NCBI RefSeq assembly: GCF_009914755.1
Contig: NC_060928.1
Origin: the human T2T-CHM13v2.0 reference genome, Homo sapiens
DNA length: 64,000 nt
Strand: one strand, 5' to 3'
The notes beneath the pieces are model-generated. The model was not told where the DNA came from, searched no databases, and was given only the letters and a program-made list of their open reading frames with translations. A program made the position numbers and the translations under genes. Shown here piece after piece: positions 10,455 through 32,051 of this stretch; the stretch's first letter is position 1; each line of letters opens with the position of its first letter.

Positions 10455-10698
10455 CAAAACTACCATCCATTGGATAATCAAGAGGGACCAATGGTTTTCT
10501 GGGTCCAGGTAAACTAATGGCTGAATTAAAAGCCAGGGCATCTTCACGCTCTATTTTTTGAGATTCAGCTGGCTTCTTCTGAGCTTCTTTTTCTGCTTCA
10601 TCCACATGAATGGTGAACGCAGGCTGTTTACTGTTTGCTTTCCAAGGAGGAACGGTGACATGCTCATCATTTACAGGAAGATCCTTAAGGGGTGCAAC
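10455..10698 (-). CDS. CCNA2: Cyclin A2 exon 2
   Basis: VAPLKDLPVNDEHVTVPPWKANSKQPAFTIHVDEAEKE...PLDYPMDGSF; 244 nt. Confidence 0.97.
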
Positions 10699-11467
10699 CT
10701 AAAAAAAAATTAATAACTGGCTTTGAGCCTACTAGTCTTGCATTCTTTCTCTTATGGGTGTTGGCCTTTGCTTTTTCTCCCAAATACTCTATCAGGAATT
10801 AAACTTTCTGGGACAAAGAAGAGTTTCAGTATTCAAAAGAGAAGGGATGTTCCCATTTGTCACAGGCATTCCCACAAAGGCTATCAATAGATAACACTAG
10901 GTGGAATTATGCAAAACTTATCAGGGCCACAAGAAGGGTCGGGTGACAGGCCAATACGTGACAAGTTTAGGAAAGACAGCAAAAAAATTGTTGGTTCACC
11001 ACTGTCGCCCGAGGGTGGAGCAACAGAGCAAATCCGGCTAAAATGGCGGAATTTGCCAAAAGCAAAGTATTTTGTACACGCTTTTCTAAAGTAGAGGTCA
11101 TCTCTTAAGCGTGAGGAGGATAGGGGTCAGAGTCCTACAGCAGTGCCTGGGGTTTAAAAGTGGAGAGAAAGGCGCGGAGCTGAGCGAAGACTACACGTTT
11201 TAGAGCTTGGTTTGACCCCATTATGTACAGGCAGATGCCCCCTATAGAGAGCAGACCGGCAGCATACACACAGTGTTGGCGGGGTCCTGATGCTAATATG
11301 GGAGAACTCCTACTGTGGCAAACCACACACCAGCACCAACTGCACTCCAGACCCTGGCCCCCTTCCAAAAGCCCAGGACATGCCTTCTCGCCACTCTTCT
11401 CTGCCTGCTAAGCCAATGCCAAACCCTGCTCGACCCACCCTCCTGCAGATATCCCGCATCCCTTTAC

Positions 11468-11680
11468 CCGTCTCGTCTTCGGCCTCTGCTGCTGCGCTAG
11501 ACCCCGCGGGTTCCCGGACTTCAGTACCGCCAGCGCGGCCCGGGTCCGCGGTTGTTGGACGGGCGCTGCCTTTTCCGGGTTGATATTCTCCTGGTCCTCT
11601 TGGAGCGCCGTCTGCTGCAATGCTAGCAGCGCCGAGCCCGCCTCGCGGGTCGCAGGCCCCGGCGCAGAGTTGCCCAACAT
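11468..11680 (-). CDS. CCNA2: Cyclin A2 exon 1 (coding part, D-box RAALAVLKS)
   Basis: ATG at 11680; MLGNSAPGPATREAGSALLALQQTALQEDQENINPEKAAPVQQPRTRAALAVLKSGNPRGLAQQQRPKTRR; donor gtaaag. All eight exons total 1299 nt = 432 aa + stop. Confidence 0.98.
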
Positions 11681-11957
11681 CACTGCTCCCGGGAGTGGAC
11701 GGCGGGATCAGCCTGCGGCGCCAAGCAGCGTGCACTCTGCCCAGCCGACCACTCGCACCGACCCGGCCAAAGAATAGTCGTAGCCGCCGGTCGCAGCCCA
11801 GGCCAGCCTACCAGCCCGCCCGCTCGCTCACCCAGCTCGAGACCACGCAGGGCCGAGGAGGTTGCGAAAGGCGCAGGCAGGCACTGCCCAGCGTGGCGAG
11901 CCAAAGACGCCCAGAGATGCAGCGAGCAGCCCGCCGGAGCGGCGGCTGTTCTTGCAG

Positions 11958-11973
11958 TTCAAGTATCCCGCGA
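11958..11973 (-). promoter_or_regulatory. CCNA2: CDE/CHR cell-cycle element (DREAM/MuvB)
   Basis: Minus strand TCGCGG-GATA-CTTGAA: CDE at 11968-11973, 4-nt spacer, CHR at 11958-11963; established cyclin A2 promoter element. Confidence 0.9.
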
Positions 11974-11986
11974 CTATTGAAATGGA

Positions 11987-12016
11987 CCAATGAAAGCGCT
12001 CGCGGCCTTGACGTCA
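11987..12016. promoter_or_regulatory. CCNA2: NF-Y CCAAT box and ATF/CRE site of the CCNA2 promoter
   Basis: CCAAT at 11987-11991 (inverted relative to the gene); perfect TGACGTCA at 12009-12016. Confidence 0.85.
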
Positions 12017-12510
12017 TTCAAGGCGACAGGGTCGCAGGCGAGTGAAGGGTAAACCAAAGGAAACTGAGCAGGGGCGGGGCAGGAGGGAGAAACAAACTGG
12101 CTGGGGCGGGAGAAAACGCCTGCGCGGGGCGGGGAGAGGTAGGATTTAGGGCCCGACGCTTCCGATTATTTTAAGCTGAGCCACCTAGTGAGCGAGGCTG
12201 TCCGAAGGCTGACTCTAAGCCTTTTAGGGAATTAAACGGAATTAAACTTTGGCGACTATCATTTGGGTTGCCCAGCCTTTAGCTCTGGGACGTCTAGTTA
12301 GCTTAAGTGACTTTTTCCAAAGGTCTAAAATCTGGGGCACGTTTTTCAGTATCTCCGATTCTCCGTTTTCTTATGTGTTAATAGGGACTAATAACTACAG
12401 TCATATGGTTGTTAGGATTAAATAATGTGCATAAATTATTTAACACGGAGCTCACATAGTAATACAGTACTCAAGTGTCAAGACTGTAATGTCATCTTAA
12501 CATTTAGGCG

Positions 12511-12552
12511 TTTATTCATAGTAACCAGAAATTGTGTTTTATGCTTTTTATT
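12511..12552 (-). terminator. BBS7: BBS7 candidate distal poly(A) signals
   Basis: Minus-strand AATAAA at 12547-12552 and 12511-12516, about 1.4 kb past the BBS7 stop. Confidence 0.55.
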
Positions 12553-13911
12553 TTTCCTAATGAAGATGCAATTAATTTAAGATGGCACCTTGAACTACTG
12601 TTGATATATATAATAAATAGCAGTGCATTACAAAATATTCAAATACAGTCATTAATTTTTTTCTATTTTTCCCCAAGCTGTGGCAACCAACAAAAAACAC
12701 AATGACGTTCTAGTGACCTAGATATAATTATGTTCCTTTCAGAAGTAAAGTTTTTTAAACATAGTAAAAACAATATGACCTTATTAAAATAAAACTCTCT
12801 TAACTATACGTGCCTTTAACAAATTTTTATATTTATATATAAATATAAGAATATACAAAGCTTGCACATAACTAATAAGTATAATAGCATATCATTAAGA
12901 AGCACTGTTTTCTAAAAAATTCGTGAGTCTGCCCTTCTTGAAACATAAAGCTTATTTTCCATTATCTGTATGCCATTTTAAAACCTTTCAATATTCCCTT
13001 GAAATTAATAAATATGAATTAAGATTAATGCACAAAACTTCTGTAGCCTTAATGTCATATATGATAAAAAGAGATCTAGAAGATACTAGTGTAGGAAAAT
13101 CTAAGATGGCATCACTATTTCTGCACTCTTCACTTGAAGCACGCTGAATAGCTCCACTGGTTACAGCATGTCTAATTAAGATCCCCCGACTCTGTGTAAG
13201 CTCTTCTTATTTCCTGGCTACAATTTATAGCACTGAGCCAAGTCCAGCATTTCCACAAACTGCAGCAGAGTCATAAAACACTACCAAGCAAAAGGAATAT
13301 CAGTTGCAAATCAATCCTATCTCCTAGAAAAAACAATTGGTAGGTTATTTCCACTAGCTGGCAACATACATAGTAACCAGGACACAAAGCAAGTACCAGT
13401 ACTTGGGTTCTGGTCCCAGCTTTACAAAATATTAGCATGTCCTCTTAATCACAAAATTTCACTGAGAATCAGTTTTCTTATATGATTTGACAAATTTTAC
13501 AACAGTTGTGAAGATCAAATAAGGTAATATATAAAAATACATTTTGAAGCCTATAAAGCGGTCTACATGTTTATGTGTTTATGTACCTTGTAATACATTT
13601 GAATATATTTTAATTTTCCACATATTACTTCTCAATTTAAAAATTAAAACAGCCACTTGCCAAAAATTCATTAAAATCCTATTTAAATCATTCTACTTGT
13701 GTTTTAAAAATAAAAAGACTCTTTTAGTTTTAGAAAGTTCAATTTGTCAAAAGAAATAGAAGCATTACTTTAAAAAGCCATTATATCTCAAATATTTTTA
13801 GATATAAAAAAGCATTTGAAATTAAAGTACATACACAGTTAACTTCTAATTCTCTTTTAACATTTTTCATTTAAACAGACCACTTCTTTGGGACTTTACC
13901 TTATTTGTATG

Positions 13912-14079
<168 letters not shown>

Positions 14080-14753
14080 TTAGTTATATTTAATGACACA
14101 GTATTTCACTAAAGTAATTGCTTGATAATCTATTTTTAAGCACCTGTAATTCCATGATTTAACATACACAAACCTAAAAGCCATGTTTTTAAAAATAGTC
14201 ATTTTGGGGGGATTTTAAAACAAGTTTCAAGATATAAATCATCTGCCTAATAACCCTCTTAACAATTGATTACAAGCTATTAATTCAGACAATCAACTAC
14301 TGGCCATTTTTGAACTGCTATCAGTATATATAACATCACAACAAGTGGTATATTTTTTCCACCAAGCTGACCATTTTGACATAGTCTAGGCAGATTCTAT
14401 TTTTAACAGCTTATCTGAATTAAAATATTCCACCTATATGTTGACCATTCTTGGGATTTGACTTGAAGGCAAATAGTCCTAGGTTCAAAGATCTGGGCAA
14501 ATCATTTCACCTTGAGTTTTCTCATATGTAAAACAGGAATAATTCAAGCTGTCAATCCTTTATCCAAAAAGCTTGATGCAAGATGTATTTCAGAATTTTT
14601 CCTATTTTAGGAAGATAATGAAAGGAATATACTATGGTATTAACCCCAAGGGGACTGAGTAGCAGCATCCAATAGCAAAACATAGTACTATTTCTGGCAC
14701 AAAATATACGGATGAATATTTGCACTAAGTGGAATAAAAAAGATATAACCTTG

Positions 14754-15062
14754 GGCTGGGCACGGTGGCTCATGCCTGTAATCCCAGCACTTTGGGAGGC
14801 TGAGGTGGGCAGATCACGAAGTCAGGGGTTGGAGACCAGCCTGGCCAATATGGTGAAACCCTGTCTCTACTAAAAGTACAAAAAAATTAGCTGGGCATGG
14901 TGGCGCACACCTGTAATCGCAGCTACTCAGGAGGCTGAGGCAGGAGAATTGCTTGAACCCAGGGGGCAGAGGCTGCAGTAAGCCGAGATCGCGCCACTGA
15001 CTCCAGCCTGGGAGACCAAGCGAGACTCTGTCTCAAAAAACAAACAAACAAACAAACAAAAA
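14754..15062 (+). mobile_element. Alu inserted into an older Tigger-like fragment
   Basis: ggctgggcacggtggctca start; (CAAA)n tail. Confidence 0.9.
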
Positions 15063-16195
15063 ATATATATAAAACCTCATGTCAGTTTAAGTCAGATTTT
15101 GTTATTAAATTAATTCAGATTAAGTCAAGATTTTGCTGTCAAATTATTTATGAAAAAAACTTTGGTTTACAAAGCTGTCTGGATTTTGCAATCAGTGATA
15201 TTATGTACAGCCAATCTCATAAGTTATTATAAGGATAAAAGAGATCATGTGCTTGTCATGTAATAAAGGTTAAGACATTAAATATAGCTACAGTTTGTGA
15301 GAAAGTCTCTGGATATGTAATAAAAAATTCAGTAGGCAGGCTTAAGGATCCATGTGTACTAGTGATACCAATTGGCTCTACAGTGACTATGGAAGGCTTG
15401 GCATAGTGTAAAAGGCATGCATTTTGGGGTGAGAAGATTCTAATGCAGGCATGATCACTAACTTGCTAGGTGACAACAAATTCCTTAGACTCAGATTTCA
15501 GTTAAAGCATATGAAAAATGAAGATAATACCACCTACCTTGCAGAGCTATTGTAAGGATTAAATATCTCACCTGATTATGAAGACAGTGTAAATAGTGTG
15601 CTATATACAACAGGTCTTATGTAAAGATTGCTAACAAAATTGTTTTTCTTAAGCTGTTTCTTCCTTCCTCACTCCTTCTTTCCCTCTCCTCACCTCCCTT
15701 ACTCTGTTTCAATACAATTTGTGAAACATTCAGCTTCTCACCACCAAAGTTTTGAACTATAAATTGACACAACACAAATACTGTATATCCTTTATTAAAT
15801 TTTGCCTTAAAAATTTTAAATGCTGCATTTTTATAATTCACAATAGCAACAAAACATGACAATTATTTGTGTGAAATACAGTCTAAGCTCTAAAGGTTCA
15901 TAGATTACATTCATTTTATACCAGGTTTGTTCATATATATAGATTAATTCATCACAGTATACTTATTTCTTAATATACTTGCATTTTATCAAGTAAAAGA
16001 ATTAAATATTAAAAGTAGCTTGACAAAATACAGAAATATTCTGTGCAATAAATTTGTTGTCAACTGATTCATGACTGGTTCATGAATCATGACTGATGTA
16101 ATCTTTTTATCTTTCTGCCCAGCTTCTCTTACATGATCCTTGGGAAATAGCCAGTTGAAAAGAAATATGGCAAGGTATTCTAGAATGGTCCACTA

Positions 16196-16321
<126 letters not shown>

Positions 16322-16426
16322 CTATTTAAAATGAAAAACAGAAGCACCTTAATATTCAAAATTCAATCCAATGTAATGTTAAAGTATTGATAATTTTAGA
16401 AATCCTATGACTTCAAATAATAATCA

Positions 16427-16788
<362 letters not shown>

Positions 16789-17224
16789 TTAATATATTTT
16801 TTAAAAGAATAGCTGTAGAAGGAAATTGTCCAGTACATATATATTTTATGATTAGTACTTAGAGTATAGATTTCATTTGACTGTAGATTTCTTCTGTATA
16901 CATATATCATTAATATAAAGCAAATTTAAACATGTAATCCTTTACTGTTATATTAATTCAGCTTCTGAATATACTCGTAAAACTAAACAAGATATATGCC
17001 TCCTAAAGATGTGACAATTTATATAAAAACTTCATTTAAACAACTTTTATCTTCATTTTTCACTAATATTTCCAACAGCTAGTCTCATATATAGACATAT
17101 ATAAAATGCACTTAGAATTGCTTACTTACATAAGTATGTTTTTCTTTCATGTAATCACACAAATTACAGTGTGACTATATGCTTTATCCTTAAAAGAAAT
17201 CTGATATCAAATATGAAAGAGTGA

Positions 17225-20430
<3,206 letters not shown>

Positions 20431-21280
20431 TACAGATGTGAGAATGAGAATGCAAAGACTTTGAAGAAGCAGGAGGATCCAAGCTTAATGGGTAGAGGTA
20501 GAGATATTGGCCTTGCCCAAGAAGTAGGCCATTTCACATTCAGAGACAGGTTAAAAAAAGGAAGGAAAAGTTTAGTTTCTACTATATTGAGAAGTTGAGA
20601 GGAATTATTGGAGCTTATAGAAGATGAGTTAGAAGTGATGGTGGAGGAGCGAGGGGTGCAACTAGAAGCTTGAGAAGCGTATAGAACAATATAATGACCT
20701 CCGCACCATATCAGGATAGCTACAAAAAGCCTGCATTTTCTAAGCCCTGAAGTTCTAAGCCATGTTATATTTGTGCATAAAGAAATTCAACTGGAGTTTT
20801 TATTGGAATTAGGATAAATATTCAAATCAATTTGGGTAGGACTGTCATCTTTTACAATGTCTTCATATTGATGACTATAGAATATATTACTCCATTTAAT
20901 CAAGTCGTTTATGTCAATAAAATCTTACAGTTTTCTTCATGTAACTTCTACATATTTCTAATTAAGAATATTCCTACAGATTTTATCTGGCTATTTTGTT
21001 ATTGTTATTGCTACTCTGAAGGGCTCTTTTTAAATAATTTATTTTCTCACTAGTTATTGTTATTGTTATTGTTGGGAACTTAGGAAATATATTGATCTTT
21101 GCATATACATCTTTACTCAATCACTTTTCTAAACTTACTAATTTGATTTTTCAATAGATTATCTTGAACAGTATAGATTTTCAATCAGATTACTCACAAA
21201 TAACTCCTAACTTAAAGGAAAACTTAGAAGCTACATTTATATAAAACAACACTTGTGAACCAGTAATAAGTTAGATTTAC

Positions 21281-21445
21281 CTGTAGGTACTTTCAAGTTG
21301 TGTATCTAGAAAGGTGTTCTGAAAGTAAAATGTCACACATTCTCCTGCTGGAGGTTTTTCTGGAACTTCAGGCAGACAAAAAACCACCCAGGAGTGAACT
21401 TCAGCAAAACTGAACTGGCCTGTTAGGGTCAGTGTATTCATGGGT
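21281..21445 (-). CDS. BBS7: BBS7 exon 15
   Basis: [54 protein letters not shown]; 165 nt. Confidence 0.95.
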
Positions 21446-23192
21446 CTGTAATATAATAGTAGAGGCGCACATTTATGTGTGGGAATACATGAAAGTATTA
21501 TATGTACACGTTAATAAGCAGAATTTTGTAATAGTTGTTAAATATAAATGAAAACATTCAATTTTCTCAGATTAATCTTATACGTCAAATAAATGAACAT
21601 TTCAATTTCATGAAAAAAAATCGAACACTTACCTATACCTGCACCTGTGCTAAGTATCAGTTAAGTGATATATGTAAACAGGTTTTATTCATTATAACAT
21701 GCTTTTCAAATAAAATTTCATTTATTTGGGTATATTTCATTTTTAAAAAGTTTATTTTTTTATTTTTTTATTTTTATAGAGACAAGGTCTTACTATGTTG
21801 CCCAGGCTGGTCTCAAACTCCAGGGCTCAAGCAATTTTTCTTTCAGCTTCCCAAAGTGCTGGGATTACAGGTGTGAGCCACCACGTCCAGCCCTCATTTT
21901 AAAAAAGCTTATCTAGTATTTCTACTACATAAACTACAAAACATACTTATACAAGGATCTCATTAGGGAAATAATCAGTATAGTGTGAAGGCAAAGAATT
22001 GGGCTTTTGAGTAAGACAGGCATGGGTTGTTCCATTATTTACTAGCTCTGTGCCATTGGACAACTTATAGAATAATACCTTCTATCTTCCTGAAATATGG
22101 GATCATACTTTCTATCTTGCAAAAGCACACCCTAAAGTAACATTAAAAAAACTGTAAAATAAATCTAATTTAAAATAAATCAGATGGATAATTATAAAGA
22201 GTTAAGAAAATGCAGTTTATGAAATGAAAAGTTCGGACCAATCCTGTCATTTGCAGATGAAAAAACTAAAACCTAGAGGCTAAATTAAATTATCCCCCCA
22301 AAGTCAGACAGGAACAGATTGTAATCCAAGTCTCTTGATTCCCAATTTGCTGTTCTTTCTAGCATACCATGCTGCCTCCATTAGTACAACCTTGACTTTT
22401 AAGCAAGACAGAAAGAGTCTGTTCTCTTAAATGTTTCCAAAAAATCTTCTTTAGGAATAGTCTGTCTTACATCTTATTGAAATTATATATTTTAAATTAT
22501 AGGCAGCAATATAAAGAATATGGGTTTTGGCTTCAATTCATAGCTTTAGTCCTTTTATCAGCAAGTTACTTAACTTTTCTAAGCCTCCATTTCTCATTTG
22601 TAAAATGGAGACATTATTACCTGTCTTGCTGTAAGAATTAAATACTACATAAGCTCCTAGCATAATACATGGCACAAAGAAAGTAATCAGTAATTGTTCA
22701 TCTCTTTCCCTTCTCTTTAAGCTCATGTTCTGAAAAACTACAAAGAAGTGGATGCCTAAGTTGGCATGGAAATAAAAGGCACTATCACAACCAATTGCTT
22801 TATCTGATTTTTCTTTATCCTGAGAAGAAATATAAAGGAAATATAATATTTGAGGCTGATACAATGAGGTCCTATTCACAGAGAACTATTATACTATCTA
22901 AAGGTTAAACAGTATTTGCTCTCACATTAAGTATCTGAGAAAGAGAACTGCTATTCTAATAATCCCAGAATAGTAATATATGAGAAAGATGGGAAAGTCC
23001 AACTCAAACCAGCCTCTAAAATAAGACAAAGAATCTTATATTTATTGGAAATATTAAATCTATAATATTTAAACTGTTTATTTAATTTTTAAAAGTAGAA
23101 ATTGCTAACAGAATTTACACTATAAAAATAAAAAACAGGTCTATTTGAATTGTGTAATATCCTAAAAAGAATTTGCTCTTTCCTTTGTCCTA

Positions 23193-23408
<216 letters not shown>

Positions 23409-24988
23409 TTATCAAGTACTTAAAATTCACTAATATGTGAAGACCTAATTTAAGAGGAGTTGGAAAGCTGTCCAGCTTCTTTCTCCTGTCCCACTCTGTT
23501 CCAATTCATGGGACAGACTGTAGTACATCTTGTACTACACAAAGGTAACTTCTCTAATCTAATTAATACTTTAACTCATACTTTTCATGGCATGAGGGGG
23601 AAAATATCAACATTTGACCTAAGTGGGAAATATTTTAAAAGTTTAAGCAAGATTTTTTGCAAATGTTGCACTGTGAATATTGCTGACAAGGAAGAGGATA
23701 AGAAAAGATAATAAGTACAGAAAGAAAACAAAAAATAGATCTGATAAACTTATATTTTGGTGTTGATTTTTAAACAGTAATAAGCTCATATTGGCAGAGA
23801 TTTTTTTCCATAAGAAAAAAAGCTTTAATATAGGACATAACAATTTTATATGAAAAATTATTTTGTAATAATCAGTATAACAATTAATATTCCTTATTCA
23901 CAAATTCAAACAATAAAGAAAAATCTGGAGAAACATGTAAGTCACCTGCAATCCTCCCACCCCAGATGATCACTATTACTACTTTGGTAGTTATGCTTCC
24001 ATACGTCTCTCTACGTACATGTACAAAAAAAGAGAGTATTTAGCATATAGCTGTTATTATAAAAATCTATTGACAGAAAAATTGTTTCAAATAACTTAAT
24101 TGTTGACATTCTGTGAAAATAGAGATGCATACCTATAATCTATGGCATATTTGGACTGGAAATTCTTTTGGGCTATTTTGAATATGACTGGCCGGATATC
24201 CTGAGAATTCAACATACTTAACAGGAAATAGTAATTCACTAAGCTAGGAAGATCTAATTTAAGAGAAGGACCTAGTTTAATATATCATTTCACATGACTA
24301 AGTTCTACTGGATATCAGACATCTTTGCTTTCATTTCCAATATTCACATTTTCCCCCTTATCTCTGCCTCTCCTATTACCATCACCTCCCTGCTCCTCCC
24401 ATCCCACTTATGCCTCCTCATATTGTATAACTGGCTATATCAGACAGGTGTGTTTCTTTTCATACATTTCTTCATATTTATATCATTATAGATAAAAATA
24501 TATTCAAATTATACATAGAGGTTTTATCAGCATTTTGTGTGTTTTATGGAATTCCCTCCATGTTAACATGTATAAATCAACTCATTCTTTATAGTAGCTG
24601 TATAATATTCCAAGATATGGATAAATAGCTATTTATTCAACCCTTCAATCATTAATGAGTATTCACCTTAGTTCTACTTTTCTGCTTCTACAAGCAATGC
24701 TGCAATTAATTATATTCATGTCTGTTATGTATATTACTGCTATTTTATTGCCATTAATAGATTCCCCCAAAGGAGCTAATATCTATTTTCCTAAGTGGCT
24801 GTAACAACTTATATTTCCACCAGCTATGACTGACAGTGTCATTTTCTTCATCCTTGCCCCCTAGTGATGTTGTTCTTTAACATTTTTTGCCAATCTGTTG
24901 GATAAGAAGAAACTGCTTTTTGTTATTTGAATTTGAATTTCTCTGGCTAAAGATGAGGTAGAACTTTTTTGTTTGTTAGCTATTTTGA

Positions 24989-27465
<2,477 letters not shown>

Positions 27466-27680
27466 ATCAATAATTTTAGAGAAGGTGATTAAGAAGTAAT
27501 AGCAGAGATTGTGGTGTGGGCTAAATTACATCCTAACTGGTCATTCAAAATTCATTACTCCAAACAATTCATTTCAGGGAGAAATTAAATGCAAACAAAT
27601 AATATCATATGTTGTAAGACATACCAGCAGGAAAAAGGAAATTCAAACATTCAAGTAAAGGTAATTTCTAATATTTTTAC

Positions 27681-27746
27681 CTTGAGTTCCAGCCTTGTAG
27701 TATCTGCCTGGCACCGATAAGTGGCAAGAAGGAAGTTGTCGTTTGA
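27681..27746 (-). CDS. BBS7: BBS7 exon 13
   Basis: [22 protein letters not shown]; 66 nt. Confidence 0.93.
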
Positions 27747-28100
27747 CTGGGAAGAATACAAAGTGGAGGAAAAGAATGAATCCATGTTTTTAGCAACAAA
27801 AAAAAGACATCAATAATAATAATGGTTACCATTTGCTTAAGCACCTGTCATTGGTGCTCAGCGCTTTTCAAACATGTTCTAACTTACACTTACAAAAACT
27901 CTATGCACTAAGTTTTACTAATTAAATTTTAACAGATGAAGAAACTGAGGTTATGAGGAGTTAAATAAAAGCCATTAAGTGATGAAACTGGAATTCAAAT
28001 TCCTATCGAAAGCTCATGCTCTTTCCATCTTGAGTTTTTACAATAACATTTTTAAACATTAAGAATTCTTCTAAAAATCTGACAATGCAAACACCAAATG

Positions 28101-28451
28101 TGATATGGTTTGGCTCTGTCCCCATTCAAATCTCATCTTGAATTGTACTGCCATAATTCCCATGTGTTGTGGGAGGGACTCAGTGGGAGATAATTGAATC
28201 ATGGGGCCATTTTCTCCCATACTGCTCTCATGGTAGTGAATAAGATCTGATGGTTTTATAAGGGGAAACCCCTTTCTCTTGGCTCTCATTTTCTCTTGTC
28301 TGCCGCCATGTGAGATGTGCCTTTCACCTTCCGCCATGATTGTGAGGCCTCCCCAGCCAGGTGGAACTGTGAGTCCAATAAACCTCTTTCTTTTGTAAAT
28401 TGTCCCATCTTGGATATGTCTTTATCAGCAGTGTGAAAATGGACTAATACA
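28101..28451 (+). mobile_element. THE1-type MaLR solo LTR
   Basis: TGATATGGTTTGGCTCTGT...GGACTAATACA termini, 351 bp, exact 5-bp TSD AAATG at 28096-28100 and 28452-28456. Confidence 0.9.
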
Positions 28452-28882
28452 AAATGTTTATACTGTAAAGGCACATACACCAGAGTTTAATATTGAATCT
28501 CTTAGATTTTTCACAAATACTTATACAGGAAAGAGAAATATCTCTTCTCTGTATTCCCAGCAAATGGCACAGTGCCTGGCATACTGTAAGTGCTTAATAC
28601 ATGTTTGTTGAACTAACCTAGAGGAGTTTTTTCAAATATTATAACTTCTTGAAATTGAATATTAAACTACTAGAAATAGAGAAATGTAGCTAGGTTCATG
28701 GATTACAAAAAGAGACACAGCAACATAAGATAATTTATATGTAATTTTTGAGACTGCTATTTCTCTATTTTTATTAAATAATCAAAGAAATAAAAAGGAT
28801 GGTAATATAAAATATAAAACTCAAACATTTCAATTTCAAATCATTTAAACTCAACAGAGAGGACTGATCAATTTAAAAGTAA

Positions 28883-30720
<1,838 letters not shown>

Positions 30721-31539
30721 AAATATATTCTGCAACAGTGCCAATGCATATAAATAAAATAAAATATATATTAATATAACTAACCACCAACTCCAGTTAC
30801 CATCTCCTCCTGCTCTGGCTTGCCTTCTACAATGCAATTAATCCAAACCTTATCTATACCTTGACTTCTCTTCAGGAGTCACACCTAGCTCTGAGACTGC
30901 TTATCGGCTAGTACTAAGCAGAAAGAAGTGATACAGTAAGCATGTCCAAAAGCACTGACGTGATCATCTCAGGTACTGTGCACGTTAAGTGCTCAATAAA
31001 AGTCTGTTGAATGAAGTTTAGTATGCATTCAACAAGCCTAGAAAAAGTGGGGCAGGGCAGGAAGAGCGGGGGAAGCAACAGATCATGTTCCAATGCAGGG
31101 ATGTGTGAAACTATATAGCATTTTCAGGAATTTTAAGAACTTCAGTTTGGCAGAAATAATGTGCATGGGAGGGGTGGTAGCAGCCGGTGAGAGAGAAGTT
31201 AGAGATGTAATCAAGAGCTGAATCATGGAAAGTTTTCTATGCCACAATAAGGAATCTATATTTATATCTAGCAGGAAATCAGGAATATTGAAAAGGTTTT
31301 GAGAAAAGAAAGATACAGTGATGTTCGTGTTTTAGGAAGGAAGACGTCTCTGGTGGTAGTGTACATACAGCATATCCTAGAAGTCAGAGGCAAGACTAGA
31401 GGCAGAGAAACTTATAAAGTAGTTCAAGCAAGACATGATAAGGGCCTGGACTAAGTTAACAGGGGTAGGAATGAAGCCAAGTGGAAGTATGAAAGCCATG
31501 GAGGTAGAACTGACAGAAACTAGTGACTAATTGGATATA

Positions 31540-31770
31540 TAGGCTGAACATTCCCAAACTGAGTATCTAAAATGTTCCAAAACTCTAAACTTTTTGAGTG
31601 CCAAGATAATACTTTAAGGAAACGCTCATTGGAGCATTTCAGATTTCAGATTTTCAAATTTGGGGTGCTGAACCAGTAAATACAAAACAAATATTCCAAA
31701 ACCTGAAAAAAATCCAAAATCCAAAATACTTCTTGGTCCCAAGCATTTCACATAAGGGATATCAACCTGT
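31540..31770. mobile_element. Tigger4/MER46-like DNA transposon fossil
   Basis: ctcattggagcatttcagatttcagatttt ... ggtcccaagcatttcacataagggatatcaacctgta. Confidence 0.7.
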
Positions 31771-31976
31771 AACAGATCACAGAAAAGAAGGAATCTAGGA
31801 CATCAGGTTTCTCGACTGAGGACAGGGAAAGAGAACCGACACAGATTTTGAAGGAAAGGTTACATAAGAAATAATTGAAAAAGAAACATCAAAACCTAGC
31901 AGCATCTATAGACTTTAATCAAAATGGCATAATAGAAATGAAAGCATGTGAAGAATTCTTTTATATTTTTACTCAC

Positions 31977-32051
31977 CTCAGAATCACAGCTGCTAAAGCT
32001 AACAACAGCAGAATTTTTATCCACATCAAGTAAATCTATTGGAACATCACT
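31977..32051 (-). CDS. BBS7: BBS7 exon 12
   Basis: [25 protein letters not shown]; 75 nt. Confidence 0.93.

Larger units (their letters stand above)
11380..12170. promoter_or_regulatory. CCNA2: CpG island / TATA-less promoter of CCNA2
   Basis: High GC and dense CpG over exon 1 and upstream; GC boxes GGGGCGGGG at 12071-12079 and about 12126-12134. Confidence 0.9.

Noticed and set aside
11135-12045. Several overlapping ORFs up to 141 aa on both strands at CCNA2 exon 1
   Set aside because: Expected from stop-codon scarcity in a CpG island; only the 11680 ATG frame matches cyclin A2. I found no upstream ATG in the CCNA2 5' UTR.
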